Part shown: positions 43,270 through 56,279 of the stretch, one piece after another
How positions within the stretch are numbered: position 1 is the stretch's first letter
How the letters are laid out: the number at the start of each line of letters is the position of its first letter
Origin: the human T2T-CHM13v2.0 reference genome, Homo sapiens
NCBI RefSeq assembly: GCF_009914755.1
Contig: NC_060939.1
Strand: one strand, 5' to 3'
Length of the DNA stretch: 64,000 nt
The notes under the pieces: generated by a model
Told to the model about the DNA's origin: nothing
What the model saw: only the letters and a program-made list of their open reading frames with translations
Database searches by the model: none
Made by a program: the position numbers and the translations under genes

Positions 43270-44659
43270 GCATGCAGGAAAATTATTAACTTTATGCTAA
43301 TTCTGAGGTGCAAGACTTACTGAATATTTTTCTTTTGGTTCTAAATACTTTAAAACTTTATTTTCCTGGTATTTTAGGTGAATATTTATAACATCTGAAA
43401 TAAGACAAATGTGTGTTCTCTTGTCAATTGCTAATATCACATTAATTTAGCCATTATTGCATTGCCTCTGATGTACAAAACAATGTTAAACATTGATTAT
43501 TGTAGATATTCTTGTCATCTCACTTTAATAGTTCCTTGATGATTACTTGTTCACAATAAAATTTGACACGTAAAATATATTATTCTTCATATTAAGATTA
43601 GATATCATAAGTAAAAATGGGTATTTTTTTAACATACGAAGGAGTATTAGTCTACTCATCACTATGACTTTTCTTTCTTTTTAAGTCTCTGATAACGAAT
43701 CTTGAATTATATTTTTTAGATTGTATACATATTATATATCTTCACTGATTTATGAATTTACAGATTTCTGCCTAAAAACCACATTGGCAGTGTTTCTATA
43801 TGCAATTTCATGTATTTTTGCCTTTTCTTTTCTTAAAATTAGAATATTTGTCATTGCCTTTTACTCTTTTTCCCAAAAAGAGATATTGGATTCATACATC
43901 ATTTCTATTCTTTATTTGCTTTCTAAATTACTGATATATATTTTCATTAATTTCTTCTGTATTTGTTATTACATTTCATCTCCCTTCCTGACTTAAATGT
44001 TAAAATCATGAAATTTTTTATTTCTTGCGTTGTTTGTTTGTTTGTTTAAGGCTATACATTTTCTTCTGAATCAGCTTTGGCTACATTAGTGGATTTCAGT
44101 ATACAATGATACTCCATGATTGCCAATTTTATTTCATCTTTGACCCAAAATACTTTTAAAAATTTCCAAGTAATAAGGTTTTTACTTTATTTTTTGTTTT
44201 AATTTTTAAAAATATGATGTGATGATTTCCAGATTTTTGCAGTGTAATCAGAACATTGATCAATATTTTTCTGTTATTTTTAGTTTATTGGTGTGTTGCA
44301 ATATATAAACAATTGTTATAAGTGCTTCATAAGCATTTAGAGAGGAGTTTGTAGTGCTTCTCTATTATCGAAGTTGGTAAGTTTAGGCAAAAAGACATTG
44401 ATTATATGATTCAGATATATGTTTTAGAAATCTTTATTTTTGCCACCTTGTTTTACAAAGATAGGAGAAACATTTGTTAAACGTTTTTATTGCTATCACA
44501 TTATCATTAATTTTTTTCCAAGCTGTAGAATTTTTATCACATCACTTCCTGAGCACCAAACAAGAAGTATGGTTTTTAACTAACAGCTACTTTGCACTCA
44601 GCAACATGATATCTCTCTGATACTCCCTTTTTTCTTTTTTAAATAATACTTTTAAAAAT

Positions 44660-44793
44660 GTATTTATTTATTTAAGAGATGTGGGTCTTGCTGTGCTGTC
44701 CAGCCTGGACTTGAACTTTTGGGCTCAAACCATCCTCCCATCTCAGCCTCCTGATAAACTGGAACTATTCAGATGGGTACCACTGTGCCTGGC
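44660..44793 (-). mobile_element. FLAM Alu monomer
   Basis: Single reverse left-arm monomer. Confidence 0.75.
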
Positions 44794-46084
44794 ATGTTTT
44801 TTATTCCTGACACTCTTTCAAAACATCTGTGTATGATTCTAGCATTCTGTCTATTGTAACAGGAATATCACTTAAGAATTTTACCACACATCGTTTCATT
44901 TAAAAATATACAGCTCTTGGAAACATGCGTCTATTTCCCCTTATGCGAACAGCAACAGAAAAGCATTCTTTCAACAGATGAGCATGTTGAATCTAGCTCC
45001 TGGCCAAAGTCTTGTGTGTGATTTTTCAGGCCAACTACAGACAATTACAGATGCTTTACCTGGCAGTCTCATGGGGTAAGCTGCCCTCCCCACACCAGAC
45101 CTGGTGCACAGTCAGTGCACTGCAGTCTCTGATGGGAGCGGCTGCAACTACCAGGCCCTGGCCAGCCATGCTGTTAGGCATCTCTCTATTCCTATCTCCC
45201 AGGCCTGTTGACTGGGGACCCTTCTTATCAGGCATAGATGACTTTGAAGGCACGTTCTCCACTGTGACTCAGGGTTTAGTACTTTTCCACTCCTAGCCCT
45301 TGCCCTGACCCATCCTCGTAGCCCCCAGGTTCATAAATGTAAGCAGCCTTTCTTTGGAGAAGAGCTATGATCCCCACCTCTGAGCTGATCCACCTGCCCC
45401 ACACCTTACACTGTTCTGTGGGGAAAATGGGCTGGTGAGTGGCGGTTAGGACTGACACTTTGTCCTGAGTAGCCTCTTGCTTATACTCTCACAGTTGGTG
45501 ACCCAAGGCTTGGCCATTACCTTCATTTTGGCTTGTCTTAATCAATGACTTCCAACAACTGGCAGCTCAGCTTTCCAGCTCAGCTCTTGACATACATTTT
45601 ATAAAAACAGAATACGAAGAACAAAGTGGCCTTCTCCTAGGAAACTGTTAGCTGTATCTAGACATTATACAAGACACATTCTATTTAATATGCAATATTA
45701 TAAGTCAGTGTCTTGGGGCCAAAACCTTTGCTTCCATTTTGACACTTGCCTTCTAGAACATTTCAAGAAATGAATGATTTAGTCAAATGGTGTGGACCTT
45801 ATAAAAAGGATATTGTAATATTTTCAATTATGTTTTCCAAAGTTTATAAGTTGAAGTCACGTGAGGAGTATGACACTCATTAATTCAGAATACCCACCTA
45901 GATGTTAGTTTCATCTTCTAATCTGTGAGCATTTGATGATGAGTGAAAAATAGCAACTCAAGGGTTTTTTTAGTACAGCACTTTGATTATTAAGGTAAAA
46001 TGTTTTAAATGAGACATTTTTACTTTTTCTTAAATTGTGTAATCATGCATTTCTCTAAGGGGATACACACAGATACACACACAC

Positions 46085-46365
46085 AATTGATTTTAAAGCA
46101 GTTTTAGATTTACAGAGAAGTTGCAGAATAGGTACAGAAAGTTAACGTATAAACCACACTCAGTTTCCCCTGTTATTAACACCTGACATAACAGGCATAT
46201 TTGTTACAATTAATTAACCAATATTGATACATTACATAAATAAAGTTTATCCTTTATCTAGGTTTTCTTCCTTTTATCTAATGTCCTTTTTCTGTTCCAG
46301 GATACTACTCAGGATCCCCTGTTTTTTTTAGTAGTCGTGTCTTCTTAGGCTACTCTTAATAGTGA
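46085..46365 (-). mobile_element. L1MC-type 3' end fragment
   Basis: gcagttttagatttacagagaagttgca...cagtttcccctgttattaaca. Confidence 0.7.
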
Positions 46366-46701
<336 letters not shown>

Positions 46702-46799
46702 ACAGTTTCCCTCTTTACCCTGATAATCTTCTTTCTTGTAAAGTCTACTGTGTCTGAAACGACTGTGGCGATGCTAGCTTTGCTTTCGTAGTGTCAACA

Positions 46800-47240
46800 C
46801 AGGGCTTTCCGGGGCTGTGGTCATAAACCTGGGTTGCTAAAATCAACAGAAGTGGGTGCTTTCATGGTTTTGGGGCCAGAAGTCTGAAATCAACACGCAG
46901 GCAGGGCCATGCTCCCTCTGAAGCCTCTCGGGAAGAATCCTTCCTTGCCTCTCCCTGGCTTCTGGTGGTGGCTGGAATCCGTGGCACTTCTTGACTGTCA
47001 GCTGTGTGACTTCAGCCTCTGCCTTCATCGTCACATGCTGCTCTTCCTGTGTGTCTCTGTGTCCTGTGCATCCACGTTCTTTCTCATAAGGATGCCAGTC
47101 TTTCGATTTAGAGCCATCCGAATCCATCTTGACTAATTCCATCTGCAAAGACCCCATTTCAAAGCAAGGTCATGTTCTGAGGTTCTGGTTCTGAGGTTCC
47201 GTGCGGACATGATTTAGGGAGGACACTGAACACTATGCCA
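46800..47240 (-). mobile_element. MaLR solo LTR (MLT1B/C-like)
   Basis: ggccagaagtctgaaatcaa..gcagggccatgctccctctgaag..gaatccttccttgcctct..catctgcaaagacccc. Confidence 0.8.
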
Positions 47241-47271
47241 CCCAGCACAGCATTGCTACGTTTTTTCCCAC

Positions 47272-47432
47272 CTTTTTTTATTTTAAGAGATGGGGTCTCA
47301 CTGTGTTGCCCAGGCTGCAGTGCAGTGACCTAATCTAAGCTTACTGGGGCCTCGAATTCCTGGGCTCAAGCAATCCTCCCGCATCAGCCTCTTGAGTAGC
47401 TGGAATTTCAGGTGTATGCCACCACACTTGGT
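47272..47432 (-). mobile_element. FRAM/FAM Alu monomer
   Basis: Single diverged reverse monomer. Confidence 0.7.
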
Positions 47433-47459
47433 CTCATATTCTTATTTTTTTAACCTATG

Positions 47460-47756
<297 letters not shown>

Positions 47757-48912
47757 AATCTACGATTTTTATCTTTATCGTGGGTTTCTTTTAGAAAACA
47801 TTTATTTGGGTATGGGTTTTCGATCTAGTCTTGTTCTCTGTGTTTTAATTGTTGCACTTACACCATTTCCATTTCCATTTAAAGTAATTATTAATATACA
47901 GTAGTTAAATTAATCTCCATCATCTTGGTAACTGTTTTCTGTTCATTGTATTTGTTCTTTGTTTTTTTCTTCTCTCTTTTGTGCTTTAATTGAGCATTTT
48001 ATGTGGTTTGATTTGTTGCCTTTATTAACACATTATTTTTTATTATAAATGTAATAAGTTATTTATTTTTTAATGTTCTTAAGGGTTTCCCTAGAGTTTA
48101 CTATATATTTTAATAAATCCAAATTCACCTTAAAACAACAATATACTTCATTACACATAACGCAGGGACCTTAAAACTATTTCCAGTTCCCTTATGACAC
48201 TGCTGTCATTCATTTCAATGATCTATGTGCTATAATCACTCAATACATGGTGACGACACCTACTTTAAAGAAATAGTTACATTTTAGATTAGTTTAATCT
48301 ACATTCTAACTTCTCTGATCTCTTCCTGTCACTCCAAATCTGACCTATACAATTTTTCTCCTCAGTGAAGAAAGTCTTTTCATATTTCTTGCAAGTCAGG
48401 TCTACTGATTTTGAATTCCCTGTTTTTGTTTGTCTTAAAAGAATTGATCTCTGCTTCACATTGGAAGGACAATTTCAGTGGATATAGAATCGTGGGTTGG
48501 TTTTTGTTTGTTTGTTCAATATGGTAAATATTTTATTTCACTCCTTTTGCTTGCATGGTTTCTGAACAGCAGTACACTCTAACTCTTATCCTTGCTTCTC
48601 TAGAGGTGAAGCTCTCCCCAGCTCCACACTGCCAGCTTCTTTCTAGTTTCTCTTTGTTTTTTGTCTGCTGAAGTTTAAATAAGATATGCCTAGGTGTAGT
48701 CTGTTAGTTCTGTTGTTGTTGGTTTTTAGTTTTGGTATTCATTCTTCTTGGTGTTCTCTGAACTTCTTGCATCTATTGTTTGGTGTTTGTCATTAATTTC
48801 GGGAAATTCTCAGACATTCTCAGTTCAAATATTTCTCTTGCCTCTGCTTTCTCTTTCTTCTGTTTCTGGTATGCCAGTTATGAAAATGTACACCTTTTAA
48901 AATTGTCCCAGT

Positions 48913-49218
48913 GGCCAGGCACGGTGGCTCATGACTAACTGCAGCACTTTGGGAGTCTGAGGCAGGAGGATCATTTGAGGCCAGGAGTTGGAGGCCAGCC
49001 TGAGCAACACAGTGAGACAGGATCTTGACAAAATTTTTTTTAAAATTAGCTGGGCATGATGGTGTGAGTCTGTAGTCCCAGCTAGCCTGGAGGCTAAGGC
49101 AGCAGAATCACCTGAGCCCAGGAGTCAGAGGCTGCAGTGAGGTGTGACTGTGCCACTGCACTCCAGCCTGGGCAACAGAGTGAGACCTTGCCTCTTAACA
49201 AATAATAAAGAAATAATA
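48913..49218 (+). mobile_element. Alu (J-type)
   Basis: Diverged Alu; aattg(t/c)..ca on both flanks. Confidence 0.9.
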
Positions 49219-49945
49219 CAATTGCGCCATAGTTCCTGAACGTTCTGCTGATTTTCGTTCTCTTTGCATTTCAGCTTGAGAAGCTTCTGTGCCCTCCATC
49301 TGCTGACTCTTCCCTGCCCGTGCCCAGGGTCCTGAGAAGCCCATCGAAAGCATTCTCGATTTTGTTGAATTTTCAATTCTGTTCTTGAGTTTTGAGTTCT
49401 AGCATTTCCTTTTGCATTTTTCTTAGAGTTTCCATCTCTCTGCTTACATGATCCATCTGTCCAGGCATGTTTCTACCTTTCCCATGAGGGCTCTAATGGA
49501 AACACATTAATCACAGTTATTTAAAGTCCCTCTCTGGTAATGCCAACATCTGTGTCCTATCTGCAGCTAGTTTTGTTGTTTACTTCAGACTATTCTGTTA
49601 TTCTTGCCTTTTGGCATTATTTGTAGTTATTGTTGAAAGTCAAACTCGTATCATGTAATGGGGGCTGTGGTAAAGAGGCCTTTAGTGTGAGTGTTTGTGT
49701 GAACCTGGACGGGAGTTGGCCTTTACTGAATGTGTGCAGTGGCTTTAGTTGCCAGGGGTTTCCAATTCCTCCAGTGTTCTTGTTTTTGTCTCCCCTCTTG
49801 ATTTTGGGCTCCCAAATTACTCTTTCGTAGACAGACTCTGTGCTTTTCATATTTTTCCACTGCAATTCCTTGTTATTCTACAGAAGCTCTGCTGGTGTAG
49901 TGGCCAGGTATGGGAAAGGAGAATAGTTTATAATGTTTTGATTAA

Positions 49946-50225
49946 GGCTGGGCATAGAGGCTCATGCCTGTAATCTTAGTGCTTTGGAATGCCGAGGCAG
50001 GAGGATAGCTGGAGCCCAGGAGTTCAAGACAAGCCTGGCAAAATAGTGGGACCCCATCTCTACAAAAACAAAAAATTAGCTATGCATGGTAGCGTGTGCC
50101 TGTAGTCCCAGCTACTCAGGAGGCTGAGATAGGAGGATCCATTGAGCCCAGGAAGTTGAGGCTGCAGTGAGTCCAGATCACACAAGTGTACTGGGTGACG
50201 AAGACCCTGCCTCAAACAAATAAAA
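49946..50225 (+). mobile_element. Alu (J-type)
   Basis: Diverged Alu consensus. Confidence 0.9.
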
Positions 50226-50251
50226 TTGTGCCATGGTTCCTGAACATTCTG

Positions 50252-50253
<2 letters not shown>

Positions 50254-50287
<34 letters not shown>

Positions 50288-50442
50288 ATTTTATTTCCTT
50301 TCCTTTATATATATATTTCCTATATATATATATTTCCTATATATATTTCCTATATATATATTTCCTATATATATATATTTCCTATATATATATATGTATA
50401 TATGTGTGTGTGTGAATATATATACATATATAAAGTATATAT
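50254..50442. repeat. Compound microsatellite: (AC)n followed by [TTTCC(TA)n] units
   Basis: AC run, then repeated tttcc separated by variable TA runs. Confidence 0.92.
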
Positions 50443-51732
50443 AAAATACTTAAATCTCAGCATTTTGCCATCCTGTGTAAAGGCTATGACCTTCACGATT
50501 ACATTTTTTTTCTCCAAAGTAGTAATGCCCTTTAACAATAAAAAATAAAAAAAGCCCTTACCACGAGGCAGGTAGTCTAGAGGTGTCTGGTGTGGGAAGA
50601 ATATCTTTCACCAGCTGGGATAGGACTCAGGGCAATTCTTTTCCCTGGAGTGTAGGCTTTTGTGGCAGAGAAAATAATAATTAATTCCCCCCTTCTCCTG
50701 CCAGAACACTAGGGACTGTTTCTCAGATCTTCCCCATGAGAACCTGGTGGCATTTTTGCAGGTAAAATCCACACGAGTGTGGACCACGTCCCAAGACTGC
50801 AGCCCCCAGGATTTTCACACCCTGCCTCGTCAGTGCTCAGCCTCCATCAGGTCATCAGAATGACCCTGTACGTGTTCCCACACATGGATGTTGATTTTAA
50901 GAATCTTAAAATTCATTCCTAGAAGTAGAGGATAAATTTGTTTTTATACCCTTGCATAAAAATTGAAGTACATTTTAGGCTGTCCATGAGGAATCTTTCT
51001 GGGGTGAACTCCAGCAGCCCCCGCTGCACCCCCGGCTCTCTGCTCTGCCCCTCTGAATTGCCCTGTGTCTCCAGATTTCTGGGAGGCGATTTGCCTCGCA
51101 ACTCCAGTGCTCTGATAGTCCCACAAAAGCTGCTCATTTTCAATTTGCTGGGGCTTTTCTTGTTGTAAGGACAGCAGTGACTACTCCAAGTTCCTTTATG
51201 TGGTAAGGATGAAATCCGAAGCCTTAAATATATTGTTTAATTAAAAGCAATTGACAAATTGGCTTATACTCATATACAATAGCCTTCTTACATTTTTCTG
51301 AGTATAATATCCAGGTGAGCTCATGAAATTAATTTTTTAATATAAGGCATTAACTGATAACAAGTATTATGTGATGGGGTATGATAAAAATAATGAGTGT
51401 TCAAAATATTCTCCATCAGTATGACTGTTTAGTGTTACTGTAGGCTTCTTCATGTAGTTCATGCCAGTACCCTAAGCATGATCAAATATTAAAATGTATA
51501 TCACTTTATTTATAATTCAAAGACAAGAAATGAAATGCAAAATATTATCCATTAAAACTAATTATTAACAATGCATATAGTTCCCCTATCATTTTACACA
51601 AACTTGCCCTTATTTAGTCTTTTTAAAATTATACAAATAATAAGTATCATTTTGGAAAATAAAAAAGAATATAAGATTGCTCTTGTTCCCAACACAAAAT
51701 AATATCATTATTATTTTAGTGTATATTCTTGA

Positions 51733-52139
<407 letters not shown>

Positions 52140-53733
52140 TAATGGTCTTTCTAAAACATAAGCAATATATGGACATCTTGGAAATGAGTAATCTGCAACA
52201 TACTCTTGTAATGCAGGTTCTATTTCCTCTTTTATTTCTCTAATGATGTTAATATATGTATATAAAGTAAATGATAAAGATAAATAGTAATGTAAGGAGA
52301 AATTGACAAACCCACAAAATTAGTGAGAGATATTAATACAACTCTTTCAGAATAAATAAGAATATAAGAGATTTTTATAACAAGTTTAACTAGCTTGGAG
52401 AAAAAAATAACCTAATACGATAATGTACGTATATTTAACCAACAGAAATTTTGCAAACACATACAGACCAGTCACAGGAAAGACATTATGCAAAAGCAAA
52501 TGTCTACAAATTTTTTAAAGCAGAAATCAATGTGCTCTAACCAATGTGATAAAATTCCATATTAACAACTAAAGGATAGCCAAAATATCTCTTCACCTAA
52601 AAATTAAATCACTAGGAGAAAGGAAAACTGAAACAACTATATATTTAGAAACAAGAGAATGTCATAAATTTGAACCTTCCCCCAAAAAACACATGTCAAA
52701 ATTGTTGCCTTGAATCAATTCATTGTACAGTTAGAAGGAATGAAATTTGGGAACTAAATAAATATTCAAGTCAATGCTTTCTTTAAAAGAACAATAAAAT
52801 TAATCTAAATGAGGAAGAAGGAAGGAAGGAAAGTAGCCACATTAAAAAGCCAACATGAAAAATAAAAGATTTCCTATACACCATTAGAAAATGTATTCGC
52901 AAACAGTCTTACATTAACAATAACTATAAAAGATACAGGATTTCTTGGAATGAACCTAATTACAAAGCTTAAGCTTACATAAAGGAAAAGCTAAAGGAAA
53001 GGAAATAAAATGATCCATCTTATTTCTGCACTGGAAGAGTCAACAAGATAAAGGTGTTAATTTTCTATCACTGCTTCCTTAGTTTATCCATTTCCTTACA
53101 TTAAAAAGGTTAGGATTTAAATTTTTTTTTTATTTTCACTATTACCTACTGCTGAAATAACTATCCTAGTACATAAATCTTAGTGGATGAAAATTTCTTT
53201 AGAAATAGAATCATCTATTACTTGTATCTTTAAATTTACTAGTATTGACAAATTGGTTTCCAAAATTGTTGTACCCATTTATACATCATAACCTGTTATA
53301 CATTATAATGTGTTATCAATAGGCTTACCTATTGTCATCAGTTCCACATAAGGGTTTTTCATTTTCCTACATCATTAACACTCTTGGCATGATAAAACAT
53401 TAATTTTTACAAATATAATGAATATGAACTAGTAATAGATTACTATTCAATTTGCACTTACTTTATCATTAATTAAATGTAATAACTTTTATGTGCTTAT
53501 TAGTTATTGGGATTTTTTTTAAATTTGTGAACTAATCATTCATATTTGCTGCCCATTTTGTGTATAATATATATATGTACATACACACACACATATATAT
53601 ATTCTGGATATTATTTATGGCTTACTGAAGGTTGCAGACGTTTGAATTTTGGGCTTGTATTTTCACATTTTTCCTACAGAAGTTGTAATTTTTGGCAAAG
53701 TCGATTTATCAGCCTCCTCTTTTGCAATGTGTG

Positions 53734-53737
<4 letters not shown>

Positions 53738-53767
<30 letters not shown>
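53738..53767. repeat. (TG)15 microsatellite
   Basis: Perfect run. Confidence 0.96.
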
Positions 53768-53770
<3 letters not shown>

Positions 53771-53876
53771 ACTTCAAGAAAGGCATCTATTCCACCACTA
53801 TCATCGAGATACTCTCTCGTGTTTTGTTCTATTCGAGTTTTACAATTTATTTCCTCATTTTTTTGTCTTTTGTCCC

Positions 53877-53994
53877 TCTGGTGCCAATTCTGTGTAAGGG
53901 ATGAGGTATTCCGTATAAGGGATGAGGTACGGACCTGGCTTTATCCATCTGGTGCCAATTCCGTGTAAGGGACGAGATACGGACCTGGCTTTAT
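53877..53994. repeat. Nested tandem duplication (about 50-bp unit containing a 21-bp sub-repeat)
   Basis: tctggtgcca-[21mer]x2-acggacctggctttat followed by tctggtgcca-[21mer]-acggacctggctttat. Confidence 0.92.
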
Positions 53995-55834
53995 TGCTTT
54001 TGCATGCATGGCCCGTTATCCTAGTGTCATGAATGAGTAAATCCACATTTTCCTCTCTGATTTATGACACCACCTTTATCACACTCCATATTCTTGTGCT
54101 CCTGTTGCTTTATTTTTGGGATTTCTGGTCTAGTCCATTACCTAGTGACCTTCCTGGAACCACATTTTATTTACCATAGCTTTGCTGTAACACCCAAAAT
54201 GTGGTTGAATTGGTCCCTAGCTACTTCTCCTCTTCTTCAGTTGTCTTATCTGCTCTTGAATTTTAGTATCACCAGGTCAGGTTTTAGAAAGAGCCCTGCT
54301 GAATAATTAGAATTATGTTGAATTTACTATCACTTTGAGAAGAAATGCCACGTTTACGATAATACCATCCATGAACATAACATATTTCTGCATTTATTTA
54401 GGTCTTCTCTATGCCTTTCAATAAAATTTTAATCTTCTCCACAAGGTCTTCACATATGCTTAGGAATGATATACAACTCAGCTATAAAAAGTTGGAGTTC
54501 TTGATTACTATAAAGTCAATTTTCTAATTAGTTGTTGCTGGGGAACTCAAGTATTCTAGAGCTAGACCCTCCGAGTTTGAGCAGTTTTGCTATTATATAT
54601 ATGACTTTATATGCAGCCAGTAACTATGTAAGAAGTTCTAATTCTTTATCTTATTTCCCTCTATCTTTAATTTTGTTCTATTATCTTGTTTTGCTGATCA
54701 GGACCTCCAGTATTCTAATAAATACAAATGCTGATAGCAGATGTTAAAGATTGAAAGGGGTTGTGCTTAATGCTTCCTTATTAACTGTGATGTTAATAGA
54801 GCCTTATGCCCCATCATAGCCTTTAGGATGCTGTCTCCTATTGCTAGATTGCTAAATGTTTCTTTGCTTTTTAATGAGCTAGTATTAAGTTTTACCAATT
54901 TTTTAATGTGTCTGTTGAGATGAGAATATTTGATTTCTTTAAAGTCAACTATTATGGAGGTATAATTTACATACAGTGAAATGCCACATATTGTGAATGT
55001 TACATTTTTGAGTCTGGGCTTTGCTGTATGCCTACGAAGTTTCCTGTGACTGTTCTGGATAAGTTTGATGTTTTCAAGACTGGCTTTTAAGCTTTTTTCA
55101 TGATGAATTCAGGTGCATATCATATTCCTGAAGGTCTAGTTTCGCCTCATTACTAGGACATCTTTCTGGGGCCTACAGAAAACCTCATGTATTCAAGTGT
55201 TCTCCACTCTGGATTTGGGGAATTCAAATGATTCTTGGCCCTGTGTGATCTCTGATGATTTTTTTTCTTTTTTACTTTTAATTTCCCAGTAGTTAGTCTT
55301 TCCTGCACATTTTTCTTTGCCTGGCCACGTGGAGGTTTGCCCTACTCACGTGCAGATGGATGTTCAGTCTCAGGTGCACCCAAGCCTGTGTCTGCAGCTC
55401 CTTCTCTGTGTATCTGCCTCCACTCTGAGAGTCTTGCACCATGTAATGATGACCTCAGCCTCTGAGGACCCTCTCCTGCTCCTCAGCTCAACCAGGCTGC
55501 CGGACTGGGATTCCCCTTTCCTCAGCCAAGTTCTGGAAATTACGTCCAGGCAGAAATCTCGGTGACCAGAAGCCTTATCTCGTTTGCTGCTCCTCTCACA
55601 GGGATGACAGCCCTGAGCCCATTAAAGTCCCTGGGTGGAACGTGCAGACAGCTGCCACTCAGCACCGCCCTGACTGCCTCTGTGTGGGAAAGGCTTCTGC
55701 AGCTGTCCCACCGCACATTCCTGAGACAGCAGGGGCCAGACAATAAAAGGAGGCTGACTGTAGGCCCACGAAAACCCTGATGGTTTTGTGACTAGTTTCC
55801 TAATGCTCTCAAATATATAAACTCAACAGAACTC

Positions 55835-56279
55835 TTTCTTTCTTCTTTCTTTGTTTCTTTCTTTCTTTTTCTTTCCTTTCTTTCTTTTTCTCTTTCTTTC
55901 TTTCTCTCCTCCCTTCTCTTCCTTCCTTCCTTCCTTTCTTTCTTTCTTTCTTTCCTTTCTTTTTTTTTCTTTCCTTTCTTTTTTTTTCTTTCTTTCTTTT
56001 TTTTGACAGGGTCTTGCTCTGTCATCCAGGCTGGAGGGCAGTGGCACAATCATAGCTCATAGCATCCTGGGCTCAGGTGATCCTCCTGCCTCAGCTTTCC
56101 CAGCAGCTATCACCACAGGTGTGTACTACCACAGCTGGCTAATTTTTTTAAAAAAATGTTTGTACAGTTGAGGGTCTCACTAGGTTGCCCAGGGTGGTCT
56201 CAAATTACTGGCCTCAATTGATCCTCCTGTGTGGACCCTAAAGTGCTGGAGTTACAGGCATGAGCCACTGCACCCTGCC
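55835..56279 (-). mobile_element. Alu (J-type) with about 170-bp (CTTT/CCTT)n tail
   Basis: Polypyrimidine 55835-56004, then reverse Alu; TSD agaactctt. Confidence 0.92.

Larger units (their letters stand above)
47760..51220 (-). mobile_element. Old L1 (L1M) ORF1/5' region, with nested Alus
   Basis: Antisense motifs gaaggacaatttcagtggatatagaat, ttcttggtgttctctgaacttcttg, tttcgggaaattctcag. Confidence 0.65.

Noticed and set aside
44940-45600. Moderately GC-rich unique block as a possible processed pseudogene or exon
   Set aside because: No recognisable protein similarity, poly-A tail or TSD; it cannot be supported without a database search.
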